A DNA stretch of 63,896 bases, the filler included, from Lama guanicoe (lineage: Eukaryota), in assembly GCA_013239625.1 (NCBI GenBank). It is 174 parts of 174 records of this genome, joined end to end, with 100 filler letters (N's around TTAATTAATTAA, not from the genome) between each part and the next. Parts side by side here need not be neighbours in the genome. Positions count along the whole stretch, not along the records: positions 11,746 to 12,013 come from PNXV01051058.1; positions 12,114 to 12,381 come from PNXV01051059.1; positions 12,482 to 12,748 come from PNXV01051060.1; positions 12,849 to 13,115 come from PNXV01051061.1; positions 13,216 to 13,483 come from PNXV01051062.1; positions 13,584 to 13,850 come from PNXV01051063.1; positions 13,951 to 14,218 come from PNXV01051064.1; positions 14,319 to 14,586 come from PNXV01051065.1; 166 more parts are not named here. One strand, 5' to 3'. Positions 11,746 to 22,682 of this stretch are shown here, in pieces. Both the position numbers and the translations under genes were made by a program. The notes beneath the pieces are model-generated. The model had not been told where the DNA came from and ran no database searches. It worked only from the letters and a program-made list of their open reading frames with translations. Each line of letters opens with the position of its first letter. Position 1 is the first letter of the stretch.

Positions 11746-12012
11746 GTTAATCAGGAACCGGAGCTGGATTACTGCCGGGCCACTGTTACGTTGGCAGTAA
11801 CATTCTACTCCTGGACGACCAAAGAGCCTTAAAGCCCCAGTCTAAGTTCTCCATGCCACGATCTTCTGCACAGGGTCAAAGGTCAGGGGTCAGGGTCGAT
11901 AGGGAAATCCATGGCGAACAGCCTTGCAGAGCTGAAAGTGCTGGGACTGGAGCGCTTCCTGCATCTCGGGCTCCCGGTTCCCAGGCGGGTGGTGCTGCTG
12001 CTCCTGCTGCTG
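11746..12012 (-). pseudogene. STXBP5: Processed pseudogene fragment of syntaxin-binding protein 5 (tomosyn-1)
   Basis: QQQEQQHHPPGNREPEMQEALQSQHFQLCKAVRHGFPYRP*PLTFDPVQKIVAWRT*TGALRLFGRPGVECYCQRNSGPAVIQLRFLIN matches the STXBP5 N-terminus; in-frame stops at 11892-11890 and 11844-11842; no intron over 89 codons. Confidence 0.9.
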
Positions 12013-12481
12013 CNNNNNNNNNNNNNNNNNNNNNNNNNNNNNNNNNNNNNNNNNNNNTTAATTAATTAANNNNNNNNNNNNNNNNNNNNNNNNNNNNNNN
12101 NNNNNNNNNNNNNCTGCCTCAGGAGCTGGCTTCCCATAAGCCTGAGACTAGATGCTGACTGAAATCTCTTTCTTTGGAACAGGCAGGTGTTAGCACAACC
12201 TCAACAACTGAGACCTACCATGAATCAATCAGGCTGCTTAAACAATCACAAACATTTGAGAGACAACCAAGAGCCTGGGTAAGGCTGAATTATAAGGTTC
12301 ATCTCCCACACAAGGCCACTTCTTTAAAACCGAGAGAGGTAGCTGCTCTGCCTAATGCCTAGAAACAGAGAGTCAGGCAAANNNNNNNNNNNNNNNNNNN
12401 NNNNNNNNNNNNNNNNNNNNNNNNNTTAATTAATTAANNNNNNNNNNNNNNNNNNNNNNNNNNNNNNNNNNNNNNNNNNNN

Positions 12482-12748
12482 ATATAGTATTTGTCTTTCT
12501 CTGTCTGACTTATTTCACTTAGCACAATGCCATCCAAGTCCATCTATGTTGCTGAAAATGGCAACATTTCATTCTTTTTGATGGCTGAGTACTATTATTC
12601 CATGTGTGCGTGTATACATATGTATATACACACCACATCTCCTTTATCCAGTCATTTGTAGACAGACACTTAGGTTGCTTCCATACCTTCACAATTGTAA
12701 ATAACACTACTGTGAACGTTGGGGTGCATGTATCTTTTTGAATTGGTG
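12482..12748 (-). mobile_element. L1 ORF2 end and 3'UTR
   Basis: LFTIVKVWKQPKCLSTNDWIKEMW. Confidence 0.9.
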
Positions 12749-12848
12749 NNNNNNNNNNNNNNNNNNNNNNNNNNNNNNNNNNNNNNNNNNNNTTAATTAA
12801 TTAANNNNNNNNNNNNNNNNNNNNNNNNNNNNNNNNNNNNNNNNNNNN

Positions 12849-13115
12849 ATAACAAAAAAGAAACAGACAGATATAGAGAACTGGCAGTTACCAGTGAGAA
12901 GCAAGAAGGTGGGTAGGGCAAGAGAAAGGTAGGGGTTTAAGAGGTACAAACTACTATGTGTAAAATAAATAAGCTACAAGAATATATGGTACACAGAGAA
13001 AGACAAATATCATATGATATCACCTATATATGGAATCTAAAAAATGACACAAATGAACTTACATACAGAGCAGAAACAGACTCACAGACATAGGAAACAA
13101 ACTTATGGTTATCAA
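12849..13115 (+). mobile_element. Two juxtaposed L1 3'UTR segments of different subfamilies
   Basis: First segment runs to ...aataagctacaagaatatatggtacacag, then the 3'UTR restarts upstream at agaaagacaaatatcatatgatatcac. Confidence 0.8.
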
Positions 13116-13583
13116 NNNNNNNNNNNNNNNNNNNNNNNNNNNNNNNNNNNNNNNNNNNNTTAATTAATTAANNNNNNNNNNNNNNNNNNNNNNNNNNNNN
13201 NNNNNNNNNNNNNNNATGAGGATTACCATACTTTCATCGACTGTACAAGGCATATTTAAATCTATTATCATTTATTATTTATTTCAAAATTGTTTCTTAA
13301 TGCCAGTTTCAAAACTTGGGCATTTTTCACAGAAAAATTCTGTTTGAGCGAGTTCCACCCAATACACATGTCATTTACATGGTTTCCCTCCCCTTGGCTC
13401 TCCGAGTTCCGAACATGCTAAATGCATCATGGAATAGACAAACGTTCATTACCCAATTGAGAGCATGTCGTCTATCGGACTTTNNNNNNNNNNNNNNNNN
13501 NNNNNNNNNNNNNNNNNNNNNNNNNNNTTAATTAATTAANNNNNNNNNNNNNNNNNNNNNNNNNNNNNNNNNNNNNNNNNNNN

Positions 13584-13850
13584 TTCCCCAAAATTAATCT
13601 GAAATGGACTAAGGACTTAAACATAAGATGTGCAATGATAAAATACCTAGAAGGAAACAGAGTGGAAATACTCTTTGAATTTTTGGTCTTGGTGATGGTG
13701 TTTTGTGTATGACAACAAAAGACAGGTAACGACAACATAATTAGACACATGAGACTACATTCAATTTAAAGCTTTTGCACAAGAAGAGAAACAATCAGCA
13801 AAATGAAAATGAAACCTATGGTTTGGGGAGAAAATATTTGCAATTTTTTT
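13584..13850 (+). mobile_element. L1 ORF2 3' fragment
   Basis: caaaattaa..aaatggactaaggacttaaacataaga...cctagaaggaaaca...aaagcttttgcaca...gggagaaaatatttgcaa. Confidence 0.85.
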
Positions 13851-14686
13851 NNNNNNNNNNNNNNNNNNNNNNNNNNNNNNNNNNNNNNNNNNNNTTAATT
13901 AATTAANNNNNNNNNNNNNNNNNNNNNNNNNNNNNNNNNNNNNNNNNNNNGCCTCTCTGACCTCACCCCTCCCCAACCCCATCTTTCAGGGAAGGATCTC
14001 CAAACCCAGTGACAGGGGGATGGAAGACAGGGGAGCAGAGAACAAAAAGTCATCCCACCCATCCCACAGCCTCCCTCCAGCCCCAGTCTCTGAACCTCAG
14101 CCCATGTGGGTGCAGAGACCCCTCCCATCTTGGCCTCCTCACATCAAGAATGACCTGTTCTTTGGGGGATGAGGGTGGAGACAGACCCCGGTCTCTGGCT
14201 GTGACTGACAGTCAACTGNNNNNNNNNNNNNNNNNNNNNNNNNNNNNNNNNNNNNNNNNNNNTTAATTAATTAANNNNNNNNNNNNNNNNNNNNNNNNNN
14301 NNNNNNNNNNNNNNNNNNGCCCCCCCCGCCCACACCCCCACCCCTGTGGGAACTTGGAGAGACCAGGGACTGGTGTGTAAACACTTCCCACTTCAGTGCC
14401 TGGTTCAGAACTCATCTCATGGGCGCTTGGTCCACGCTGTTGATGGCCGCAAGCAAGCTGTGTGCTGCGTTAGCTGTGAATTGTCAGGGGAAGTTGTTCC
14501 TCCCTCCCTGGGTCCTTTGACTGGGCCACGTAATGAGAAGCGGCCTCTAGATGAGCTGATAACCCCTCACATCTGTTGCACATTTGNNNNNNNNNNNNNN
14601 NNNNNNNNNNNNNNNNNNNNNNNNNNNNNNTTAATTAATTAANNNNNNNNNNNNNNNNNNNNNNNNNNNNNNNNNNNNNNNNNNNN

Positions 14687-14848
14687 TGGGGTACACACCA
14701 CCGTGTATGCCCCACTGGAATAGACCGGTGGGGTATACACCACGGTGTATACCCCACCGGTCTATTCCAGTGGGGTATACACTGTTATTCCAGTGGGGTA
14801 CACACCGTGGTGTGTACCCCACTGGAATAGACCGGTGGGGTATACACC
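14687..14848. repeat. Nested palindromic repeat
   Basis: 39-bp arms 14703-14741/14744-14782 (1 mismatch, loop AC); perfect 21-bp arms 14786-14806/14809-14829 (loop GT). Confidence 0.95.
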
Positions 14849-15790
14849 ATGAATCATTTTGGGACAAAATGATGTAAAAACTCCTGGAGGTGAGAAAATC
14901 CAGCATCGAGGAGTATCTGAAAGAAGGCCAGACAGCCACTGTGGTGGTTCTTCTNNNNNNNNNNNNNNNNNNNNNNNNNNNNNNNNNNNNNNNNNNNNTT
15001 AATTAATTAANNNNNNNNNNNNNNNNNNNNNNNNNNNNNNNNNNNNNNNNNNNNAAGTAAATTTGGAGCTAATTAGCTTTGAAGACTTTTCCAAAACTTT
15101 TTTCACAGTGACAAGACAAAGAAACACACTTACGATAAAAAACAGACCTTCAAGTTTACTGGTCATTTGTTCATGCACATCATGTGTCACTTTGTTAAAG
15201 CTTTGGTTTGGCCAGGGTCCAAACTTGGCAGGCGATATGGACCTTGTGGATCCTATTCTAATTGTGATTTGACATTCGATGTGTGAGACACCAGTCTAGC
15301 AAGGCTGGAGTCTTCCTGGACTNNNNNNNNNNNNNNNNNNNNNNNNNNNNNNNNNNNNNNNNNNNNTTAATTAATTAANNNNNNNNNNNNNNNNNNNNNN
15401 NNNNNNNNNNNNNNNNNNNNNNAGGCGCCAGCACTAAGGTTCCGTGGCAGAACCGAGGCTGGGACCAGCGGGTGGAAGCAAGCTAGGCTTGGCTGGGGCG
15501 CATAACTGTAGGGGGTGCCAAGACACTCGCAGTCAAGACAGATCACTTAACAATTCAGTCCTTTAATCATTGTAATATGTGAAGAAGTCAAAATGAATGC
15601 AGAAAGTTGATGACGGACACAAGATCAAAATGTGAAAAGCTAGAGTTTAACAGAGCCAGGATGGGCCATGCTAGGGCTGAGACAAAAGGANNNNNNNNNN
15701 NNNNNNNNNNNNNNNNNNNNNNNNNNNNNNNNNNTTAATTAATTAANNNNNNNNNNNNNNNNNNNNNNNNNNNNNNNNNNNNNNNNNNNN

Positions 15791-16058
15791 AGGGATGACA
15801 TTAAATCTGTACATCGCTTTGGATACTATGGCCATTTTAACAATATTCTTCTGATCCAAGAGCATGGGATACCTTTCCATTTTTGTAAGTCATCTTCAGT
15901 TTCTTTCTTCAATTCTTTACAGTTTTCAGCTTAAAGGTCTTTCACCTCCTTGGTTAAGTTTATTTTTAGCTTTGTTTGATGCAATTTTAAATGGGATTTT
16001 TTGTTTTGCTTTTTCTTTCTGATGTTTCATTGTCAGTGTAAAGGAATGCAACAGATCT
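15791..16058 (-). mobile_element. L1 ORF2 fragment (post-RT)
   Basis: Reverse reads aacttaaccaaggaggtgaaagacct...aaatggaaaggtatcccatgctcttggatc. Confidence 0.9.
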
Positions 16059-17262
16059 NNNNNNNNNNNNNNNNNNNNNNNNNNNNNNNNNNNNNNNNNN
16101 NNTTAATTAATTAANNNNNNNNNNNNNNNNNNNNNNNNNNNNNNNNNNNNNNNNNNNNTGCAGTGGAGGCTGGATTAAAGATCAGGGAGTTTGAGGGCAG
16201 AGGGTGATGAGTAGGTGGGGAGCATCTAATAGTGACCCAGCTTTGGGATAGGTCTTTCGGGGAGGGCTGCAGTTTTTTGGAGAAAATTGCCAGGAGCTAC
16301 AGATGATCTCTTTCTTGGAATGAGGAACTGCATAGGATTCTGAGAATCCTTTAAGCACATTGAAATAAAAAAAGTACAATATTGGGATACAGGGTAGGAA
16401 CTTGTTCACAGAAATGAGGCAGTAGCNNNNNNNNNNNNNNNNNNNNNNNNNNNNNNNNNNNNNNNNNNNNTTAATTAATTAANNNNNNNNNNNNNNNNNN
16501 NNNNNNNNNNNNNNNNNNNNNNNNNNCCCATCAGCGGCCTATTAAAGACTCTGAAGTGCTCTCCCCTTGCTTCCAGCCTCCCTCGGTGACTGTGAATGAA
16601 TCTAGAGAGAGTCTAAGTTGAAAGGCGTGTGTACCTCTGAGCAGTCTGCCCAGAGGAATCACCTTTAAAGTTTCTCAGAAGTTTTCACGCCCTTAGTCCC
16701 CAAGAGCTCCCTCAACTTCAGTTAGTTTGCTACAGAACCCCAGGACTCAGGAGCCTTTTAGAGAACTCATTAAAAAGACACAGCTGGAAAGTTGNNNNNN
16801 NNNNNNNNNNNNNNNNNNNNNNNNNNNNNNNNNNNNNNTTAATTAATTAANNNNNNNNNNNNNNNNNNNNNNNNNNNNNNNNNNNNNNNNNNNNCTGCTT
16901 CCTTAGGGGAGGGTGGATGGGTTTCCTGGCAGTCCCTTTGTAATGTTAGGGGTTTCCCGGGCTCAGTGTTATTCATCTGTAATGCAGATCCACCGTGTGT
17001 GCACATGCATTCACCTGGGCTCTCCTCCTCATCACCCCAACGGGTCTTGAGGGTAAGGAGAACCAATAAGAACTCATGCTGTCTACCGTGCTGTGAGTGA
17101 AGGCTGCCTGAATCCATCCGGCTCCGGTGGGCTCCCTGGCCAGGTCTCTGGAGGACTGGCTANNNNNNNNNNNNNNNNNNNNNNNNNNNNNNNNNNNNNN
17201 NNNNNNTTAATTAATTAANNNNNNNNNNNNNNNNNNNNNNNNNNNNNNNNNNNNNNNNNNNN

Positions 17263-17530
17263 AATAGACAAACAGCCCAAATAAAAACTGGGTTGAAACA
17301 AGGTTTTCAACAAAAATAAACAAATGACCAATTGCTTGTGAAAAAATGCTCAACATCAGTAGTTATTAGAGACCTGCAAATCAAAACCACAATAAGATAC
17401 TACTTCACACCTGCTAAGATGGCTAAATAATAAAATAAATAAGTCAATAAAAAGCTCCAGTATAACAGTTGTTGGTGAGGATGTGGAGAAACTGGATCAC
17501 TCATGCATTACTGTGGACAACGGAAACTGG
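17263..17530 (+). mobile_element. Old L1 ORF2 3' fragment
   Basis: aaaaatgctcaacatcagtagttattagaga..gcaaatcaaaaccaca...gttggtgaggatgtggagaaactgga. Confidence 0.85.
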
Positions 17531-18739
17531 NNNNNNNNNNNNNNNNNNNNNNNNNNNNNNNNNNNNNNNNNNNNTTAATTAATTAANNNNNNNNNNNNNN
17601 NNNNNNNNNNNNNNNNNNNNNNNNNNNNNNATTCTGAGTGAGGCCCAGGAGAACAAATTCTGTTAGATTGTTGCTATGTCCCATTTAGTCATCTGTGAGG
17701 CCAGTGTCAGGGATGAGAGATCAGGAGACCCAGACCTGTAATGAGATTGTGAACATGACTATGAATATATCTGTTACATTACAGAGCATATCTGTGTGTC
17801 TGTATGTCTACAGTGGTTTGCACACAATAAGCATTTGGTAAATATCTACTGAATTCTTCTTCCAAAAGCTCATCACACCTTCTCTTGACAGTTCTATTNN
17901 NNNNNNNNNNNNNNNNNNNNNNNNNNNNNNNNNNNNNNNNNNTTAATTAATTAANNNNNNNNNNNNNNNNNNNNNNNNNNNNNNNNNNNNNNNNNNNNTG
18001 CCATCTCCCAGCCTCCCAGCACTGGTCTAGAGCCTTAGGGTAAAAAACCAAAAAACGAAAAACAACCCCCCTAGCCATCTAAATGTTTACAGCCGAGCAG
18101 GGGAGAGGTTTTAAAAGGCAGAGATCTGCGTATACAATTTCCTGACAGCTTTCTACACTATGATCCTGGGACCATACTAGTGGAATATTGTCAAAGGAAC
18201 TCTTGAAGAAGCCAAATGGAAGGCATGCGTCCCTGGAAACCCCAGACAGGGAAAGTATGAAGGGGGNNNNNNNNNNNNNNNNNNNNNNNNNNNNNNNNNN
18301 NNNNNNNNNNTTAATTAATTAANNNNNNNNNNNNNNNNNNNNNNNNNNNNNNNNNNNNNNNNNNNNTGTGGGTATAAGTGGCCAATTTAAAAATTAGTAC
18401 TGTGTGAAATTTCTGGAAAATTTTCACATTATGACCAGGTACAGATACATGCATACACACACCAATGTGGCATATGTGCTGTATTTTTGTCTGAATTCAG
18501 GCAAATTTGGTATAGTCCATAAAAGATCTCTATTATCAATGGATTTGTGATTCAAAAGAAATTATTTCCTATGTTACAAGCAGCGTTTAATATTCTAGGA
18601 AAAAGATGAAACAAACAAATGAAACAGATTAGGANNNNNNNNNNNNNNNNNNNNNNNNNNNNNNNNNNNNNNNNNNNNTTAATTAATTAANNNNNNNNNN
18701 NNNNNNNNNNNNNNNNNNNNNNNNNNNNNNNNNNTATGC

Positions 18740-18980
18740 TCATAAGGTGATGTGTGGTGGGCCCCAAGATAGCTTCAGGATGAAGCTGGTCATGCTAGAA
18801 AAACCAACTGTATGATTAGAGGTTTGGGGCTTTGAGTCATGACCTCCCAGGGAGAAGGGAGCCTGGAGACTGAGTTCAGCTACATGGCCAATGGTTTCAT
18901 CAATCATCCCTATGTAATTAAACTTCTGAACAACAAAGCTCAAATGAGCTTCCTTGGTTGGCAATACTCTGCACATTTTG
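18740..18980 (+). mobile_element. MER21-like ERVL LTR fragment
   Basis: gatagcttcaggatg..gctggtca..agaaaaacca...tgattagagg.ttgggg...ctggagactgagttca...caatcat.cctatgtaat. Confidence 0.75.
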
Positions 18981-19838
18981 GATCACTGTGATGGTTAATT
19001 TTNNNNNNNNNNNNNNNNNNNNNNNNNNNNNNNNNNNNNNNNNNNNTTAATTAATTAANNNNNNNNNNNNNNNNNNNNNNNNNNNNNNNNNNNNNNNNNN
19101 NNACAAACGGGCGTCACTGCAGCGTGTCTGCTGCTCTATCACAGGAAGCCGTCCAGGGGACCCTGATCACGGGCCCTTCCAGAGCGGTCTGCTTTATGTC
19201 TGCTTCAGAAAGGGGACCTGGTGGCAGAGCGGCTTGTAACACTGATCCAGGCAGGCTTCTTAACTCCGGAGGAAGAGCAGGAGGAAAGGGCTCGCAGGGA
19301 GCAGCAGGAGGCTTTTCGAGGTTGCCGTTTGGTTCCTGACGCAGGTCTGGGAAACACTCCCTTACCGAGGNNNNNNNNNNNNNNNNNNNNNNNNNNNNNN
19401 NNNNNNNNNNNNNNTTAATTAATTAANNNNNNNNNNNNNNNNNNNNNNNNNNNNNNNNNNNNNNNNNNNNCTTACACATCTCCCAATTTCTAGAAGATGT
19501 AAGTGACAGTGACCCCATCTTGAATTATATAACTGTGTATGTATAACTGAATATTTAACGATGTAATTTTTGAACCCGGCCTTCAGAATTGCGTTATTTC
19601 CAAGTCCTGGAGAGTAAACACCCTTTGGACGAGTCATTTAAACCTTTGTATGTCTTTTCGTGGCTCCGAGCACTGCTGTAAGCTCTTCGTAGGTGTCGTT
19701 TCATTTAATTATCACAGGAAACCAAGAAGACCAGTTCTNNNNNNNNNNNNNNNNNNNNNNNNNNNNNNNNNNNNNNNNNNNNTTAATTAATTAANNNNNN
19801 NNNNNNNNNNNNNNNNNNNNNNNNNNNNNNNNNNNNNN

Positions 19839-20106
19839 GACCCAGGGCCCGCGGGGCCGCGCGCGAGCGCCCCAGGGGGCCAGGACGCGGCCAGGAAGCG
19901 GGCGCCCAGGAAGGCGCTAGTGGGCCCCCGGCGCGGCGGCCAGGCCCCCAGACCCGGCGCGGGACGCTGTCACCGCCGCCGCCATTTTAGCGGCCCTGGC
20001 CCCGGGAGGGAGGCGGGCGTGACACGGCCGGACTCCCCGCCCCGGCCCGGCCCCCAGCCTGGGTCCCCGGCCGCGGTCTCGGGTGGCCGCGCTAGGGCCT
20101 CCGCTC
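19839..20106. promoter_or_regulatory. CpG island promoter fragment with YY1-type motif
   Basis: Extremely GC/CpG-rich; CGCCGCCATTTT near 19977-19988; GC boxes. Confidence 0.65.
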
Positions 20107-20206
20107 NNNNNNNNNNNNNNNNNNNNNNNNNNNNNNNNNNNNNNNNNNNNTTAATTAATTAANNNNNNNNNNNNNNNNNNNNNNNNNNNNNNNNNNNNNN
20201 NNNNNN

Positions 20207-20474
20207 AAAAAGATCTTTTGCAACTGGAAACATAAAGAGGGAACCACAGCAGGACTGTAGGAGGGGTGTGTGCAAGATATAACTGGGCCCCATACCCCCC
20301 CCGGGGTGGGCGACCCACAAGCTGAAGAATAGTTAGGCTGCCAAGGCCCTCCCACAGGAGTGAGAGCTCTAAGCCCCACGTCAGGATCCCCAGCTTGGGT
20401 CCCAGCATTGGGAAGAGAAGGAGACCCAAGGACATCTGGTTTTGAAGGCTCGGGGGCTTGGCTCTGGGAGCCCC
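20207..20474 (+). mobile_element. L1 5'UTR fragment
   Basis: Homologous to 9176-9442 (gggtgggcgacccacaa...ggacatctggttttgaagg). Confidence 0.7.
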
Positions 20475-22047
20475 NNNNNNNNNNNNNNNNNNNNNNNNNN
20501 NNNNNNNNNNNNNNNNNNTTAATTAATTAANNNNNNNNNNNNNNNNNNNNNNNNNNNNNNNNNNNNNNNNNNNNCCAGACATTGAACAAGTGCACTCATG
20601 CTTTGACAAAATGGAAATACAATAAATCCTAGCAGCACTCTCTTAACAGATTCAAATAAGAAGAGGAAGGAAGGAGGGAAAGAGGGAAAGAAGTCAGGAA
20701 AGGGAAAAGGAAAGAAATGAAATAATGCTTTACTGGGTAGCCAGTACTGTGCTAGGTGACTTCACAAACATTAGTTCTAAATTACGTGGCTGTTAAGTCA
20801 GAAAGAGTCTCCCTGACATTAATCTCCAGCAGGGCCAGATTTNNNNNNNNNNNNNNNNNNNNNNNNNNNNNNNNNNNNNNNNNNNNTTAATTAATTAANN
20901 NNNNNNNNNNNNNNNNNNNNNNNNNNNNNNNNNNNNNNNNNNCAGGACACCCCACAGCTACAAGGGGCCGGCCCCTCAGACTCTGGTGACCAGCGTCACC
21001 GGGACGTGGATGGAAAGGCAGGGCTCATTCTGCCTCCAGAAAATTAACCTGATAAGTTGCTGCAGTCAACTTGTATCTGATCTACTAAAACCAGAGAACT
21101 ATCATTTAATATGGAAAAAAGAAATGAGACAATTCATGTTCAAAAACTACCTACGACGTCACTGGTGGGAGGTCTCGGGGGACAGTCGAAGACAGTCACA
21201 AAACCAAAGGNNNNNNNNNNNNNNNNNNNNNNNNNNNNNNNNNNNNNNNNNNNNTTAATTAATTAANNNNNNNNNNNNNNNNNNNNNNNNNNNNNNNNNN
21301 NNNNNNNNNNGGTGAGCCGAATGCTCGTTTTCCTGACACGTGCGAGGGGGCGGGGCGACCCGCGTCCCCTAGCTCCCAGGCAAGCTCAGCAGACCGGCTG
21401 CCGCGCATTTAGCAAACACTGCGTGCTGTGTTATCGCATAATATCAGATCATCAATGCATAGTTTCAAGCTTCATAATCTGTTTTTGACCCGGATGAGTC
21501 ATAACCACTCATCTCTGTTCCTGCCTCCACCCTTAATTAACCATCGCTTTGCTTCCACAGTGATCCCAGATTTTTTTTNNNNNNNNNNNNNNNNNNNNNN
21601 NNNNNNNNNNNNNNNNNNNNNNTTAATTAATTAANNNNNNNNNNNNNNNNNNNNNNNNNNNNNNNNNNNNNNNNNNNNTTGAGAGGTGGCTAACATGCCT
21701 CCTTCGTGTCACCAGCAAGTGATGCCATCTGCAGGAAATCAGCTGTAATCCTGAGATGGATCAGCCCTGGGTGATGTGATAAAGGGTCCTTCAAGAGGGG
21801 GCACCAGATGGACAGTGAACCAACCAAAAGAGAGATGAGATTCCCACCTGTGTTTATTGTGCTTTCGTAGCCAAGAATGAGGAGAGAGTTGAATGGGTCA
21901 CCATGAATATTTTAACAACTTGAGAGGGTTCCATGTCTCACTGCATNNNNNNNNNNNNNNNNNNNNNNNNNNNNNNNNNNNNNNNNNNNNTTAATTAATT
22001 AANNNNNNNNNNNNNNNNNNNNNNNNNNNNNNNNNNNNNNNNNNNNG

Positions 22048-22314
22048 TCCTATGATCGCTATGTGGCCATCTGTAACCCTCTGCTCTACACAGTCGTCAT
22101 GTCACAAAGGGTGTGTCAGGTGCTGGTGGCAATCCCCTATCTCTATTGCACATTTGTTTCTCTCCTAGTCACTGTAAAGATATTTAATTTATCCTTCTGT
22201 GGCTACAATGTCATTAAGCATTTCTACTGTGACAGTCTTCCTTTGATATCTTTGCTCTGCTCAAACACTCGTGAAATTGAACTGATTATTCTGATCTTAG
22301 CAGGTTTTAATTTG
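22048..22314 (+). CDS. Olfactory receptor, OR8K subfamily-like (close to OR8K3), partial TM3-TM5
   Basis: Open across the whole contig: SYDRYVAICNPLLYTVVMSQRVCQVLVAIPYLYCTFVSLLVTVKIFNLSFCGYNVIKHFYCDSLPLISLLCSNTREIELIILILAGFNL; OR motifs YDRYVAIC.PL.Y, FC..N.I.HFYCD, LLCS. Confidence 0.95.
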
Positions 22315-22489
22315 NNNNNNNNNNNNNNNNNNNNNNNNNNNNNNNNNNNNNNNNNNNNTTAATTAATTAANNNNNNNNNNNNNNNNNNNNNNNNNNNNNN
22401 NNNNNNNNNNNNNNACCACAAAAAGTCCGAGTGACAGTGAAATGTTTCATAATTCAAAACTATCTAAAACATTTTCTAGTATGAATTTT

Positions 22490-22682
22490 GACATATATAT
22501 AAATATGTATAAATATATATAAATAAATATATATAAAAGATAAATATATAAATATATATAAATATATAAATATAAATAAATATATATATACACATAAAAA
22601 TATGCATAAAGAAAAATAAAAATAAAAATAAAAATAAAATATATTTTATATATAAATATATATAAATATAAATATATATAAA
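22490..22682. repeat. AT-rich low-complexity (TA/TAAA) tract
   Basis: Almost entirely A/T short-period repeats. Confidence 0.95.

Noticed and set aside
15131..15296. Possible minus-strand exon ending at a GTAAGT donor
   Set aside because: Acceptor ambiguous and peptide unrecognised; insufficient support
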